This document shows positions 29,701 to 40,284 of a stretch of 64,000 nt of DNA, in pieces. A program made the translations under genes and the position numbers. This stretch comes from an uncultured Bacilli bacterium (GTDB taxonomy: Bacteria; Bacillota_I; Bacilli_A; RF39; UBA660). The stretch is from assembly GCA_947589495.1 (NCBI GenBank), contig CANQAK010000001.1, positions 13,017 through 77,016 of the forward strand. Direction: 5' to 3'. The number at the start of each line of letters is the position of its first letter. The stretch's first letter is position 1. A model generated the notes under the pieces. The model had not been told where the DNA came from, made no database searches, and saw nothing but the letters and a program-made list of their open reading frames with translations.

Positions 29701-32287
29701 CTTCTTTGCTACAATTTAATAATTCACATAAAGATTTAATTTTAATTATTTTATTTTTTCCTAAAATAATTTTTTGATAAATTTCATCAGGGACTCTAAT
29801 ACCATCTTTTTCAGACTCATTTATTTTATTTAAAGCACTTTCTTGTTCTTTTTTTAAAAAATGAGTTGTGGTATGCATAATTTGGGCAGCAGCATAAGCA
29901 AAATGAACTAAATTACCGTTTAATCCATATAGTAATTCTAAAGTTTGAATTTCTTTTTCTGTTAAATTAATATTTTGAAAATATTTTTCAATTGAATTTT
30001 TAGGAACTTCCTCTTTTTTTAATGAAGATAAATTTTTACTTATCTTTTTTTCTAAAGATGTAGGTATTTTTATTCCTAATTTTCTAGCTTCTTCAATTTT
30101 TAATAAAGCTTTAAATTCATAACTAGCTACATCATCTTCACTCAATTGAAGATCTAGTGCTACTAGTTTTATATCATTTTCTTGTTCTTTACCTAATCCA
30201 TATAATAATTCTAAAATTTTAACTTCTTCTAAAGTTAAATTAATTTTCTTAAAGAATGTTATATAATAATTTGGTAAATCATATAAATTAAAAACTTGGT
30301 CTTTAAAATTTTTTCTACAATGTTCAAACATCATTAAAAAATCTTGATAATATCTTACTTTTTCTAAATAATCATTATTACTATACGCTAAAACATCTTT
30401 TTGAGCTTTCTCGATAGCTTCTTCAATTTTTTTGTTATTTTCTAAAATAATTTTATCTACTAATTCATAGCTTACATTAAATTCTTTACTTATTTTTACT
30501 AAAGATACTGGACTTTTACCATCTAATCCATATCTTTTTGTAGCCATTTTCATAGCATCTTTATTAATATCAGCATCAAATACTATTTCATTTTTACTTA
30601 TCTTCTTTTCAATTTCTTTTTTAATATTTTTAGTTTCATCACTAAGATTTTTACTATTTAATTTTTTTAAAGCATTTTTTTCAATTCTTCTAATTGTTTC
30701 TTCAGAAACTCTTAAAAGTTTCCCTGCTTCTTCTTCACTATAAACATGCCCGTCACTAAGACCTCTTAATAAAAATAAAACCTTTTTTTCTTGTTCTGAT
30801 AAATTAGCTTGCTCAGTTAAATTTTCATACTGATATGTAAATTTTTGACGAGTACTTTCTTTTATTGAACTATTAGATTCATAATATTCTCTTTTTTTTC
30901 CAATACTTTCTATATTTTCATATTTTCGTCTTAATTTACTAATACCTTTATTTTCTATTTGTCTTATTCTTTCTCTAGTAAGTTTATATTTTGAACCAAT
31001 TTCTTCTAAAGTATAAACTTTACCATCAAATAGTCCATGTCTCAAACTTAAAATTTCTTTTTCTCTTTGGGTTAATTTAGCATCTTCAAACATTCCTTTA
31101 ATATAATCAGGTAATAACATTTTATAAGCATCTTCTTCAATATTTGTATTATTATCAGGAATAAAATCACCAATTTCTGAATCTTCTGAATCTCCAACTT
31201 TAACATTCATACTTAAAGTACTATCTTGAATATTTAAAACTTCTTTAACAACCTCTATAGGCCACCCTAAATCATTTGCTAAATCTTCTTCTGTAGGATT
31301 AGCAATTCCTAATCTTAATAAGTTTAATTGACTATTTTTAAGTTTAACTATTTTTTCATGCATATGAACAGGTATTCTAATTGTTCTACCTTCATCAGCT
31401 ATACTTCTAGTAATTGCTTGTCTTATCCACCAAATAGCATAAGTAGAAAACTTAGTCCCTTTTTTATAATCAAACTTTTCTGCTGCTTTTAATAAACCTT
31501 CATTACCATTTTGAATTAAATCAAGAAAATCTACTCCTCTTCCATTATATTTTCTAGCTATGCTTACTACTAATCTTAAATTATGTTCAACAAGTTTATT
31601 AATTGCTTTTTTATTTCCTTTACTAATTTCAATGGCAAGTTCTCTTTCTTCTTCTTTACTTAAAAGAGGAATTTCTCCCATTTCTTTTAAATAGGTTTTA
31701 ACATCATCTGATGAATAATAACTATCATTTTTCACATCCATAGATAAATCATCAACAATTTCAATATCATTTAAAGATGCGTAAGCTTCAATAAAACAAA
31801 CTTCTATTTCATTAGAAAATAAATTATTTAAAGAATTGCTTTCTATTACTCCATTTGAAAACTTACTATTAATAACATTTTTAATGCAATTATTTAATTT
31901 ATTATTAGTTTTTATAACATCTATAATAACATCAATTGAAGGATCATAATCTACATCACTTAGAAAAAGAGATAAAGATTTTAAATCTTTTAAAGAATCA
32001 TTTTTAAAATTTTGTTCAATATATTTTACTATTATATTCATTGCATAATTTGCTGAATTCATTAATTCTAAAATATATTCATTAATTTTATTATCTAATT
32101 CGCTTTCAAAATAAGCTTCACTTATTTCTCTATCTAAATTTTGAATATCTTCTAAAATATTATTAACTAAATTATTAAATACATCTGTAGGTATATCAAA
32201 AAAATTATATTTCTTTTTTATTTTTTCAATAATATCTTTAAAATACTTTTTTAAATCATCAAGGCTCATTTCTTTAAATTTATTCAT
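26735..32287 (-). CDS. Giant (1850 aa) sigma-70-family protein: a complete group-1-like sigma core (regions 1.2-4) followed by about ten degenerate tandem region-3.2/region-4-like HTH modules
   Basis: aa ~190-455 carry '[21 protein letters not shown]' (r1.2), '[78 protein letters not shown]' (r2), '[13 protein letters not shown]' (r3.2) and '[50 protein letters not shown]' (r4). Later copies include '[48 protein letters not shown]', '[15 protein letters not shown]', '[15 protein letters not shown]', '[19 protein letters not shown]...', '[18 protein letters not shown]...' and '[15 protein letters not shown]'. It has its own AGGAGGG RBS and a TGgTATTAT extended -10. Confidence 0.85.
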   Translation of the reverse strand: MNKFKEMSLDDLKKYFKDIIEKIKKKYNFFDIPTDVFNNLVNNILEDIQNLDREISEAYFESELDNKINEYILELMNSANYAMNIIVKYIEQNFKNDSLKDLKSLSLFLSDVDYDPSIDVIIDVIKTNNKLNNCIKNVINSKFSNGVIESNSLNNLFSNEIEVCFIEAYASLNDIEIVDDLSMDVKNDSYYSSDDVKTYLKEMGEIPLLSKEEERELAIEISKGNKKAINKLVEHNLRLVVSIARKYNGRGVDFLDLIQNGNEGLLKAAEKFDYKKGTKFSTYAIWWIRQAITRSIADEGRTIRIPVHMHEKIVKLKNSQLNLLRLGIANPTEEDLANDLGWPIEVVKEVLNIQDSTLSMNVKVGDSEDSEIGDFIPDNNTNIEEDAYKMLLPDYIKGMFEDAKLTQREKEILSLRHGLFDGKVYTLEEIGSKYKLTRERIRQIENKGISKLRRKYENIESIGKKREYYESNSSIKESTRQKFTYQYENLTEQANLSEQEKKVLFLLRGLSDGHVYSEEEAGKLLRVSEETIRRIEKNALKKLNSKNLSDETKNIKKEIEKKISKNEIVFDADINKDAMKMATKRYGLDGKSPVSLVKISKEFNVSYELVDKIILENNKKIEEAIEKAQKDVLAYSNNDYLEKVRYYQDFLMMFEHCRKNFKDQVFNLYDLPNYYITFFKKINLTLEEVKILELLYGLGKEQENDIKLVALDLQLSEDDVASYEFKALLKIEEARKLGIKIPTSLEKKISKNLSSLKKEEVPKNSIEKYFQNINLTEKEIQTLELLYGLNGNLVHFAYAAAQIMHTTTHFLKKEQESALNKINESEKDGIRVPDEIYQKIILGKNKIIKIKSLCELLNCSKEEENEILKRLDNFDLELINIRWGDSTDNQLISGKWDDSHTSDFKVLVNKMRRMLTKLRKESEVEKPPLVIDPKYVELFKTLGINERQTLLFCVKNGLSNYSKETVRELALDLNYSSVTITKDLKIVYDKLKEAFYEGIKLPKELIIILIHGKLIKSISELLDCTLEEEQEIYKKLSKEEYLFIKYRNGDSNSCAKWDKKSQIKFSQLFEKMSIILEDIRKEKFNEFDNTDIFKDAGLTDIEIKVFKNRFGLIDGNIKSINSIKSELCITDYYVRKYIESSIIKLLEVQDKINLPSKIKDILMEESKKHPNYKEKEIQKQVRKAQVNEKKLKQKKLKELINCSDKQFQYLLQNLTNEEKSIIETYYEKETLSENEEQEFYNMISKLQIKISKKENKYLYYIEKLSPEIKEFCEQMILNKNAMVIFGLANGLYGDVKSSEEICELFHIKETTVKQYLLRVSYTVSEQLKSERQVPEELKRIILEKEKKKKVEKIYNLEEQEFLSEAGLNEIEINVFCYNFGLVDGIKRNLSSISKGLNISNYNIKKYLESAINKLLDKESQTNLKIPQNIKEILEEEKIKRNISIEKSLVEELLSNVKKENIDFLSRAGLTKDEILLFCWRFNLVKKINENNYCVQNKIDDLLKRIKEFYNRELIIPKDIKDILLFGHIIHDFNDIINCSKEEENYIYSFLIEEEKSLLERVINDSNKEKFSDEFLNNTWKPLIKKISQNLYKYRFYIKIELYYEELLKTLPKEFLDCTKEIGLNNIETLVIWNEINCTDKNCESLLNNVDILKLTVKKYLKIKSNALNKINDSFIKGISIIDIIKPLIKNSKSEQMLQGLLDCTLEEENILLKELSEEEKEIIKKKYEQANLEPYERKKFYYIIKKMKVMLLKIRNEQNAYEYLNDIINILTLENIPTLLKSVPKEIIVGILKYIYNYSNEKIALSLNISELEVIDLAKNFVVNYSKNNSIKENELILKRINEEYKITQD

Positions 32288-32328
32288 ATTAAAACCCTCC
32301 TAGACAGTTACATATAATACCACAAAAA

Positions 32329-32353
32329 GGCTTTTTTTAAAAGAAAAAAAGCC
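32329..32353 (-). terminator. Intrinsic terminator of ileS (perfect palindrome GGCTTTTTTT...AAAAAAAGCC followed by a T-run on the minus strand)
   Basis: Plus strand 'ggctttttttaaaagaaaaaaagcc'. Confidence 0.65.
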
Positions 32354-32364
32354 ATAAATGACTT

Positions 32365-35300
32365 TTATTCTTCTACTTTTTCTACTAAAGTATAAACTTT
32401 AATACCATTAACATTTATTTCTTCTTTATCTATATTTTTCTTTTCTATTTTTATAGCTAGTGTTTCTTTCTTTATATAATCTTCATATTTTTCAATAACT
32501 TTTTCAAATTCATCACTATTATAATAAATTATAATTCTATTACTTACATCATAATTAGCTTGTTTACGTAAATTTTGTATTTTAGAAATAAATTCTCTAG
32601 CATGTCCTTCTAATATTAAATCTTCTGATAAATTAGTATTTAAAATAATAAATAAATTATCTAATACCCCAACATTAAAGCCTTCTTTAGAAGCTATTTT
32701 TATTTCATACATATTTTTAGTAATTACTGTATTATCAAAAGATAAATCTTCATTATTTAATTTATTCAAGTCAGCATTTTGTAAAAATGCCTCATAATCT
32801 TTAATTTTTGCTCCAAAAATCTTTCCAACTTCTTTATAATTTGGCTTCAAAGATAAATTCATATATTTAGTTAAATCTTTTTCACTAATAACTTCTTTAA
32901 CATTTAACTCTTCTTTAATTAAAGGAATTAAATTATCTATTTTTTGATATACTTCATCATCAATAATAGCTTCTTTTAATGGAGTTCTTACCTTTATTTT
33001 AGCTTCTTCTCTAACATTTCTACCTAAAGAAATAAGATTTTTAACTAAACTCATTTTTTCTTCTAATTTTTCATCAATTAACTCTTCATTACATTCTGGA
33101 TAAGAAGTTAAATGAACAGATTCTTCATTTGTTAAATTACGATAAATTTCTTCACTTAAAAATGGTGTTATTGGTGCAATTAACTTAGATAAACCTACTA
33201 AAACTTCATAAGTAGTAAGATAAACAGATTTTTTAGAATTATCCAGTTTATTACCCCAGAAACGATTTCTACATCTTCTTATATACCAATTAGATAAATC
33301 TTCTGATACAAAACTTGTTAAATATCTAACAACTTTATTTAAATCATATTCTTCAAATGAATTAGTTACATTTTTAACTAAACTATTATATTTTGATAAT
33401 AACCATTTATCAATTTCTTCTCTATCTTGATAAGGTATATTACATTCATCAATATCAATATTATCAACATTAGCATACATTACAAAGAAATTATAAGTAT
33501 TTTTTAAAGGATTAAAGAATTTTGAATAAACTTCTTTTAAACCATCTAAATCAAATTTTAAAGGTGTCCATACTGGTGAAACATAAGGTAAATAAAATCT
33601 TACTGTATCTGCTCCATACTCTTTCATTGTAGTAAATGGTTCAACAATATTACCTCTACTCTTACTCATCTTTTTACCTTCAGCATCAAGTAATAAATCA
33701 TTTACTAAAACATTTTTAAATGGGCTACAGCCTTTAATAAATGTAGAAATAACCATTAATGTATAGAACCAACCTCTAGTTTGATCAATTCCTTCACAAA
33801 TAAAATCAGCAGGAAATTGTTTTTCAAAAAATTCTTGATTTTCAAATGGATAATGATATTGAGCAAATGGCATTGAACCTGAATCAAACCAACAATCTAA
33901 AACATCAGGAATTCTTTTCATATCTTTACCACATTTAGGACATTTTAAATAAACATTATCAATATAAGGCTTATGTAAATCAAGATTTTCATCTAACTTT
34001 TTAGTAGCCATATTCTTAAGTTCTTCAATTGAACCAACCATATGATTATAACCACATTCACATTTAAAGAATGGAATAGGACTTCCCCAATAACGACTTC
34101 TTGATACATTCCAATCTTTAGCATTAGCTAACCAATTAGCAAATCTTTTTTCTCCAACATAAGCTGGATACCAATTAACATTTTTATTAGCTTCCACCAT
34201 TTTATCTTTAAATTCAGATACTTTAATATAATAACTAGGCATTGAATAATAGATTAATGGAGTATGACATCTCCAACAATGTGGATAATCATGCATTATT
34301 TTTTGACGTTTAAATAATTTATTATTTTCTTTTAAATAATCTACAACTTTCTCATTAACATCAAAAACAAAACTACCTTTCCATAATCCTTCTGTATAAC
34401 ATCCATCTTTTCCAACTGGATTTATGCTAGGTAAATCATATTTTGCTCCTACTAAAGCATCATCTTCACCAAATGATGGAGCAATATGAACAATACCTGT
34501 TCCATCAGTCATTGTTACATAATTATCACAAGTTACATAGAAAGCTTTTTTATCCACTTTAATTTCTGGAATTAATTGTTCATATTCTGTATATTCTAAA
34601 GTTTTACCTTTAAATGTATCTAATATTTTAACATCTTCACCAAATATTGTTGAAACTAATGAAGTAGCTAAAATAAATTTATTTCCTTTTGATTCTACTA
34701 ATGAGTAATCTTCATCTGGATTAACACATAATGCAACATTGGCAATTAAAGTCCAAGGTGTAGTTGTCCAAACTAAAAAGTAGATATCTTCTCCCTTTTT
34801 TTTAAAAGGAACGTATACAGTTATAGCTTGTTCATTTACATATTCTTGAGCAACTTCATGAGATGCAAGACCTGTTCCACAATGTGGACAATATGGTACT
34901 ATTCTAGTACCTTCATAAAATAAATTTTCTTCATAAAATTTCTTTAAAATCCACCATTCAGTTTCAATATATTCATTTTTATAAGTTAAATAAGGATCTT
35001 CTACATTTATAAATTGTCCCATTTTACTTGTTAAATCTGTAAAAGCATTTTCATTTTCTCGAACACTTTTACGACATTCTTCATTAAATTTATCTACTCC
35101 TAAAGCTTCTATTTCTTTTTTAGAAGAAATTCCTAACTTTTTCTCAACATGATTTTCAATTGGAAGACCATGAGTATCCCATCCAACTTTTCTATAAACT
35201 TGGTAACCTTTCATTACTTTATATTTACAAATTGCATCTTTTAAATTTTTTGCTACCATATGATGTAGACCAGGAAATCCATTTGCAAATGCTGGTCCAT

Positions 35301-35439
35301 CATAAAACACGAATGTTTTATTTCCTTCTCTTAATTTTATTTGCTTTTTAGTAATTTCATTAATTCCACCCCAAGAATCAAGAATATCTTTTTCTATTTC
35401 TTCATATTTTTTTTGACTAAGTGCTTTAAAATTTTTCAT
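32365..35439 (-). CDS. ileS: Isoleucyl-tRNA synthetase
   Basis: 1024 aa. HIGH-like 'PFANGFPGLHHMVAK', 'KMSKS' ('KKMSKSRGN') and a C-terminal Zn-binding Cys cluster. Confidence 0.95.
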   Translation of the reverse strand: MKNFKALSQKKYEEIEKDILDSWGGINEITKKQIKLREGNKTFVFYDGPAFANGFPGLHHMVAKNLKDAICKYKVMKGYQVYRKVGWDTHGLPIENHVEKKLGISSKKEIEALGVDKFNEECRKSVRENENAFTDLTSKMGQFINVEDPYLTYKNEYIETEWWILKKFYEENLFYEGTRIVPYCPHCGTGLASHEVAQEYVNEQAITVYVPFKKKGEDIYFLVWTTTPWTLIANVALCVNPDEDYSLVESKGNKFILATSLVSTIFGEDVKILDTFKGKTLEYTEYEQLIPEIKVDKKAFYVTCDNYVTMTDGTGIVHIAPSFGEDDALVGAKYDLPSINPVGKDGCYTEGLWKGSFVFDVNEKVVDYLKENNKLFKRQKIMHDYPHCWRCHTPLIYYSMPSYYIKVSEFKDKMVEANKNVNWYPAYVGEKRFANWLANAKDWNVSRSRYWGSPIPFFKCECGYNHMVGSIEELKNMATKKLDENLDLHKPYIDNVYLKCPKCGKDMKRIPDVLDCWFDSGSMPFAQYHYPFENQEFFEKQFPADFICEGIDQTRGWFYTLMVISTFIKGCSPFKNVLVNDLLLDAEGKKMSKSRGNIVEPFTTMKEYGADTVRFYLPYVSPVWTPLKFDLDGLKEVYSKFFNPLKNTYNFFVMYANVDNIDIDECNIPYQDREEIDKWLLSKYNSLVKNVTNSFEEYDLNKVVRYLTSFVSEDLSNWYIRRCRNRFWGNKLDNSKKSVYLTTYEVLVGLSKLIAPITPFLSEEIYRNLTNEESVHLTSYPECNEELIDEKLEEKMSLVKNLISLGRNVREEAKIKVRTPLKEAIIDDEVYQKIDNLIPLIKEELNVKEVISEKDLTKYMNLSLKPNYKEVGKIFGAKIKDYEAFLQNADLNKLNNEDLSFDNTVITKNMYEIKIASKEGFNVGVLDNLFIILNTNLSEDLILEGHAREFISKIQNLRKQANYDVSNRIIIYYNSDEFEKVIEKYEDYIKKETLAIKIEKKNIDKEEINVNGIKVYTLVEKVEE

Positions 35440-35700
35440 TTTATCTACCTCTTTCTCGTATAAAAAAATTCATAAAATAAAGGACGAATTTTATCCGTGG
35501 TACCACCTTATTTTATGAATTTAATCACCTTATTATGTTAACGCCATCGACGAGTTATTTTACTAATATTTCAAATAACTGACTCCCAAGTGATATAAAT
35601 TAAATATTTTTATTAGTTTCCACCAACCACTAACTCTCTTTTAAAAATAGTTTTAATTTACGTGTCTTGTTCAATGTCTTTAAATTTACAATATTCATTA
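35440..35700 (-). ncRNA. T-box riboswitch leader of ileS
   Basis: The minus strand contains the T-box sequence AATAAGGTGGTACCACGG, which overlaps the 5' arm of a terminator hairpin TTCATAAAATAAGG...CCTTTATTTTATGAA followed by TTTTTTT. Upstream are AGAGAG (AG-box) and Stem-I-like 'TTAGTGGTTGGTGGAAACTAA'. A candidate AUC specifier lies in 'UAUAUCACU'. Confidence 0.7.
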
Positions 35701-35803
35701 TAGGCAAAATATTTTTATAAGTCAACAATTTTTATTATATTAAAATTTAAATTATTTCTATTATTTTTTAAGTAATTGTGCTAAAATTATAATAAGCGAG
35801 GGA

Positions 35804-37165
35804 TTGATGATGAAAGATACAATTTTTAGAGAATACGATATAAGAGGTAAAGTACCCTCTGAAATTAACGAAGAAGTTGCTTATAAAATTGGTTTAGGAT
35901 ACGGTTCTTATATTCAAGATTTTTTAAATCAAAAAGCTTGTATCGTTTCTCATGACAATAGAATTTCTAGTGAATCATTAAGTGTAAATTTAATAAATGG
36001 TTTACTTAAAAGTGGTATAAAAGTTATTGATTATGGACTTACTACTACCCCAATGCATTATTATGCTCGACATGTAAATAATTTATTTGGAGTAATGATT
36101 ACTGCTAGTCATAATCCAAGTGATGAAAATGGTTTTAAATTTTCCTTTGATGAATTTGCTAATGCAAGAGGTACAATGGTCCAAGATTTAAAAAATTATA
36201 TTGAAAAAGGTCAATTTATTGAAGGAAATGGTAGTATTGAACATAAAAGTATTAAAGAAGATTATATAAATTATGTTATTAGTCATTTAAAACTAGGTAA
36301 AAAGAAAATTAAAGTTGTTTTAGATCCCGCTAACGGAGCATGTACAACTATTGCTAGAAGTATTTTTGAAAAAGTTAATGTTGATTTAACAATTATTAAT
36401 GAAGAAAATGATGGAACATTTCCCCATCATCACCCAGATCCAAGTGTTGAAGAAAACTTAGAACAACTTAAAAAGAAAGTTATCGAATTAAAAGCAGATA
36501 TTGGAATTGGTTTTGATGGAGATGGTGATCGAATTGGAATTGTTGATGAATTAGGTAATAGAGTTTCTATTGAAGATTATGCAATTATTATATTAAGAAA
36601 TATTATAGATAAAGTTAATAATAAAAAATTCTTATATGATCCAAAATGTTCTGATAGTTTTAAAGATGAAATTATCAGACTTAAAGCTACTCCAGTAATG
36701 TGTCGTACTGGTTCAAGTTATACTCAAGAAAAAGTTTTAAGAGAAAAAATTCCTTTTGGAATACAATATGTAGGACATATTTCTATTAATGATCGATTAT
36801 TTAGTACTGAATCAGCAATGTATTCTTCTCTTCGATTAATTGAAATATTAAGTAAGACTAAAAAATCACTTAGTGAACTCGTTGAAACTATTCCACACTA
36901 CTATACTTCTGAAGAAAAAAGAATAAAATCTACAGATACTAAGAAAAAATTAGTAATTAATAATATTAAAAAATATTGTGATGAGAAAAAATATAAATAT
37001 ATAGAAATAGATGGATTAAAAGTAATCTTTAAAGATGGATGGGCTTATGTAAGAGCAAGTAATACTGGTCCAACAATTAATTTAAGATGTGAATCTAAAA
37101 ACGAAAAAGATTTAAAAAATTTAGAAAAACTATTTACTTCTTTAATAGATATATTCAATAAATAG
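35804..37165 (+). CDS. Phosphomannomutase/phosphoglucomutase (alpha-D-phosphohexomutase family)
   Basis: 'FREYDIRGKV' N-terminus, active-site 'TASHNPSDENGFKF' and Mg-site 'GFDGDGDR'. Confidence 0.85.
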   Translation: MMMKDTIFREYDIRGKVPSEINEEVAYKIGLGYGSYIQDFLNQKACIVSHDNRISSESLSVNLINGLLKSGIKVIDYGLTTTPMHYYARHVNNLFGVMITASHNPSDENGFKFSFDEFANARGTMVQDLKNYIEKGQFIEGNGSIEHKSIKEDYINYVISHLKLGKKKIKVVLDPANGACTTIARSIFEKVNVDLTIINEENDGTFPHHHPDPSVEENLEQLKKKVIELKADIGIGFDGDGDRIGIVDELGNRVSIEDYAIIILRNIIDKVNNKKFLYDPKCSDSFKDEIIRLKATPVMCRTGSSYTQEKVLREKIPFGIQYVGHISINDRLFSTESAMYSSLRLIEILSKTKKSLSELVETIPHYYTSEEKRIKSTDTKKKLVINNIKKYCDEKKYKYIEIDGLKVIFKDGWAYVRASNTGPTINLRCESKNEKDLKNLEKLFTSLIDIFNK

Positions 37166-37195
37166 ACAAAAATAGATAAGAATCCCTTATCTATT

Positions 37196-39097
37196 TTATT
37201 TATCTCTTTTAACTAAGAATATAATTAAACCTTTTAAAATATTTTTTCCTTCTTCAGTAATTATTAATTCATCAATATCCATATTTACTTCATCAAATAA
37301 ATTTTCTAAAAAACATATAGCATAATCATAACTTCCACTTTTAATTAATAATTCTCTAATTTTATATAATTCATTATCTGTAATATATTTTTTACCATAT
37401 AATTTTAAAAATTCATCTTTATAAGAAGTATTCATTATATATGTATATAATATTGTTTGTTTAAATTCTTCTATATCACTTACATTGGATTTTCCAATAT
37501 CTTTTGAAGAGGAAAAAATACCCATTAAATCATCTTTTAATTGAAAAATAATTCCTATTTTATTTAAAACTTTTTCTAAAGATTCATCTTTATTTTTTCC
37601 TCCTAGTAAGTATCCTAAAATAAATGGCCCCGTTATTGTATACCAACTAGTTTTTAATTCATATATATCTAAAATATCTTGTTCTTTAGTTTTTCTATAA
37701 TTATATTTACTTAAAAATGGTAATGTTACATCAATTATTTCTCCTTTAATAGTTTTTATTACTATATCATTAAAGAAAGTTAATATACTACTTAATCTTG
37801 GATTTTCTTTATAATTTGTTAATATTAATTTATTAGCTTCATAAAAACCTAAATCCCCCATACATATTCCTAGTGAGTTAGCTAGTTTTAAAACATCTTG
37901 TTGATAATCTTTATTATTTTCTACATTTAAATATTTTTGACATATTCTTCTTGGAATTGTTTGTTTACCTCTTCTTTCACGAGCATTATCTATTATATCA
38001 TCATGAATTAAAATAGATGTTTGAAATAGTTCATAAGCATACGCTAAAGATAAATAATCTTTATTTTGTCCACTAGCTAAATATTCTCCTAAAGCAATTA
38101 AAATACCTCTTATATATTTACCATCTTTATTTAAATCTTTCAAATATTCAATTAAATTTTTTACTATATCATTATCAAGATCATTATTTAAACCATTATT
38201 AATTAATTCTTGTCCACTTACTAATTTTTCTTTATGAATTTTATAAAATAATAGAAAACTCAATAAATACTTATAATTATAAATTTCTTTTAAAGGAGTA
38301 TTAAGTCCTCCCGTTAAAATAAAATTCATTTTATTAGTATAATTACTATTTAATATAAATTTAATAAATTCTTCTTCATTATTAAAAAAGTAACTTTCTT
38401 TTCCTTTAATATTATTTTGAATTACTCTATTATTTTCATTATTATCCCCAATGATAAAAATAACATCACTATCACTAAAATCTTCATTATTAAAATAAAT
38501 ATTTTTTTTAAATTCACATTCATTTTTAATTATTTCTAAATCACTTATATAATTATTAGCTATAAAATTTTCTAATTGTTTTTCTAAATCCAAACTAGTA
38601 TTTGTTAAAATAATTACTTTTTTTCTATTATTATTTAACTTAGAAAATTCTTCTTCTCTACTTAAAATTATTCCATTATAATCACAATAACTATTTAAAA
38701 TATTTATTTCTTTTTGTGTATTATTTCCCACTAAAAAAATATCATAACCATCATTATATTTTGCTAAAACTTTTTCTTGTAATACTATATAAAATTCACA
38801 TGTATTATTTATATATTCAATATTATTAAGTTGTAAAAATTTAAGTTCTTCTTTTTTAATTCCCACAGGGCCAATAATAAAAATTCCATCACTACTTAAT
38901 TCATTTAAATCATTTATTAATTCTATTCCTAAATCTTTAAACTCTCTTAAAACTGTTTTATTATCAATAATATTTTGATATATATAAATATTTTTTGGTT
39001 CTTCTTTGGCCATTTCTCTTTCGTAAATTTCATAAATTTTACTAAATGTTTCATTAATTTTTTCACATGTTCCACAATATTTTGCTACTTTTATCAT
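37196..39097 (-). CDS. Fusion protein: N-terminal IspH/LytB-like domain (apparently degenerate) plus C-terminal trans-polyprenyl diphosphate synthase
   Basis: C-terminal FARM 'ILIHDDIIDNARERRGKQT' and SARM 'FQLKDDLMG'. The N-terminal ~320 aa align by eye with IspH: 'IYIYQNIIDN' vs 'IYVRHEVVHN', 'NNTCEFYIV' vs 'DATCPLVTKV', 'ILTNTSLD' vs 'MTQTTLS', 'IIGDNNENN' vs 'VVGSKNSSNSN', 'ILTGGLNTP' vs 'VTAGASAP'. Confidence 0.7.
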   Translation of the reverse strand: MIKVAKYCGTCEKINETFSKIYEIYEREMAKEEPKNIYIYQNIIDNKTVLREFKDLGIELINDLNELSSDGIFIIGPVGIKKEELKFLQLNNIEYINNTCEFYIVLQEKVLAKYNDGYDIFLVGNNTQKEINILNSYCDYNGIILSREEEFSKLNNNRKKVIILTNTSLDLEKQLENFIANNYISDLEIIKNECEFKKNIYFNNEDFSDSDVIFIIGDNNENNRVIQNNIKGKESYFFNNEEEFIKFILNSNYTNKMNFILTGGLNTPLKEIYNYKYLLSFLLFYKIHKEKLVSGQELINNGLNNDLDNDIVKNLIEYLKDLNKDGKYIRGILIALGEYLASGQNKDYLSLAYAYELFQTSILIHDDIIDNARERRGKQTIPRRICQKYLNVENNKDYQQDVLKLANSLGICMGDLGFYEANKLILTNYKENPRLSSILTFFNDIVIKTIKGEIIDVTLPFLSKYNYRKTKEQDILDIYELKTSWYTITGPFILGYLLGGKNKDESLEKVLNKIGIIFQLKDDLMGIFSSSKDIGKSNVSDIEEFKQTILYTYIMNTSYKDEFLKLYGKKYITDNELYKIRELLIKSGSYDYAICFLENLFDEVNMDIDELIITEEGKNILKGLIIFLVKRDK

Positions 39098-39135
39098 ATA
39101 TCCTCCAATTTAAAAAAAGAAATAGAGACTATTTC

Positions 39136-39381
39136 TTAAAAAGAATCAATATTAATTTTAACCTTTGGCATTTTATTTACAGCTGCAAAAGCTTGAATTA
39201 ATGTTCTAATTGAAACAGATGTTTTACCATTTTTTCCAATTACTCTACCCATATCAGATTCTGGAACTAATATTTCTAAAATCGTAATATCATCATCGGC
39301 TTGAAATTCAGAAACTTTAATAAGTTCTTTTTCTACTACTATACTTTTTACTAAATATTCCGCAAATTCTACTACGTTCAT
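39136..39381 (-). CDS. KH-domain RNA-binding protein (YlqC-like, downstream of rpsP as in Bacillus)
   Basis: 'MGRVIGKNGKT' GXXG KH motif. The position matches the rpsP-ylqC arrangement. Confidence 0.8.
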   Translation of the reverse strand: MNVVEFAEYLVKSIVVEKELIKVSEFQADDDITILEILVPESDMGRVIGKNGKTSVSIRTLIQAFAAVNKMPKVKINIDSF

Positions 39382-39390
39382 TATTATCTC

Positions 39391-39666
39391 CTATTTATTT
39401 TTCTTTTTTGATTCAGCATATTTAGCCATAATACCAGCACGTGATAAAATATTTCTTACTGTATCAGTTGGTTCAGCTCCATTTTTTAACCAATTTAAAG
39501 CTTTTTCTTCATCAACAGTTATTTCTTCTGCACCTTTAATTGGATTATATGTTCCAACTAAATCGATAAAACGTCCATCTCTTGGACTACGAGCATCAGC
39601 TGCTACTATTCTATAAAATGGTTTTTGTTTAGCTCCCATTCTTTTTAATCTTAATTTTACTGCCAT
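39391..39666 (-). CDS. rpsP: 30S ribosomal protein S16
   Basis: '[42 protein letters not shown]'. Confidence 0.95.
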   Translation of the reverse strand: MAVKLRLKRMGAKQKPFYRIVAADARSPRDGRFIDLVGTYNPIKGAEEITVDEEKALNWLKNGAEPTDTVRNILSRAGIMAKYAESKKKNK

Positions 39667-39738
39667 TATATTTGCCTCCTTTTTTTACTACTAGTAGTAT
39701 AACATTAACAAAAACTTAAGTCAACAATTTTTGTTGAC

Positions 39739-40284
39739 TTACTCTTCTTCTTTAACTTCTTCAGTTTCTAAATAATTTTCATCAATAGCATCAATCGCAT
39801 TATCTAACTCATCATCAATTAATTCTTCATAATCATCATCAAAATCTTCTACTGATATTTTTACTTTAGTATTACCAACAATTTCAACTCCTAATTCTTT
39901 TTCAACTGTTAAATCAACTAAACCATTTTTTATTTCAACATTAGTAACTGTTGGTTGTTTTAAACTTCTTACTATAATTTCTGAATTATTATCTAAAACT
40001 GTATCATTTTTAAGTGGAACATTCATTTTATCACTATAAGTAAATCTTTTAGTAGTAACTGCTGTTTTAGTATCATTATCATATGAATACCAAACATTTA
40101 CATCAAAAGCTCCTGTTATTAAAACACTTCCATTATTATTCGCACCATTAAAAGTATTATTTATTACCCAACAACCTAAAACAGTATTAGGTTTTTCATC
40201 TGTTTCTACTGTAAATTTATTTCCACTTGTTTTTTTAGCTTTACCAATAACTGCTTTAGTTACAATTTCTCTAAAATTAGACAA
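39739..40284 (-). CDS. cotE: Outer spore coat morphogenetic protein CotE homolog
   Basis: 'FREIVTKAVIGKAKK...VLGCWVINN...AFDVNVWYSYDNDTKTAVTTKRFTYSD' parallels B. subtilis CotE 'YREIITKAVVAKGRK...ILGGWIINH...[25 protein letters not shown]', and the acidic C-terminal tail is present. The probable start is the TTG at 40284 (GGGAGTGA RBS), not the GTG at 40293. Confidence 0.75.
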   Translation of the reverse strand: MSNFREIVTKAVIGKAKKTSGNKFTVETDEKPNTVLGCWVINNTFNGANNNGSVLITGAFDVNVWYSYDNDTKTAVTTKRFTYSDKMNVPLKNDTVLDNNSEIIVRSLKQPTVTNVEIKNGLVDLTVEKELGVEIVGNTKVKISVEDFDDDYEELIDDELDNAIDAIDENYLETEEVKEEE

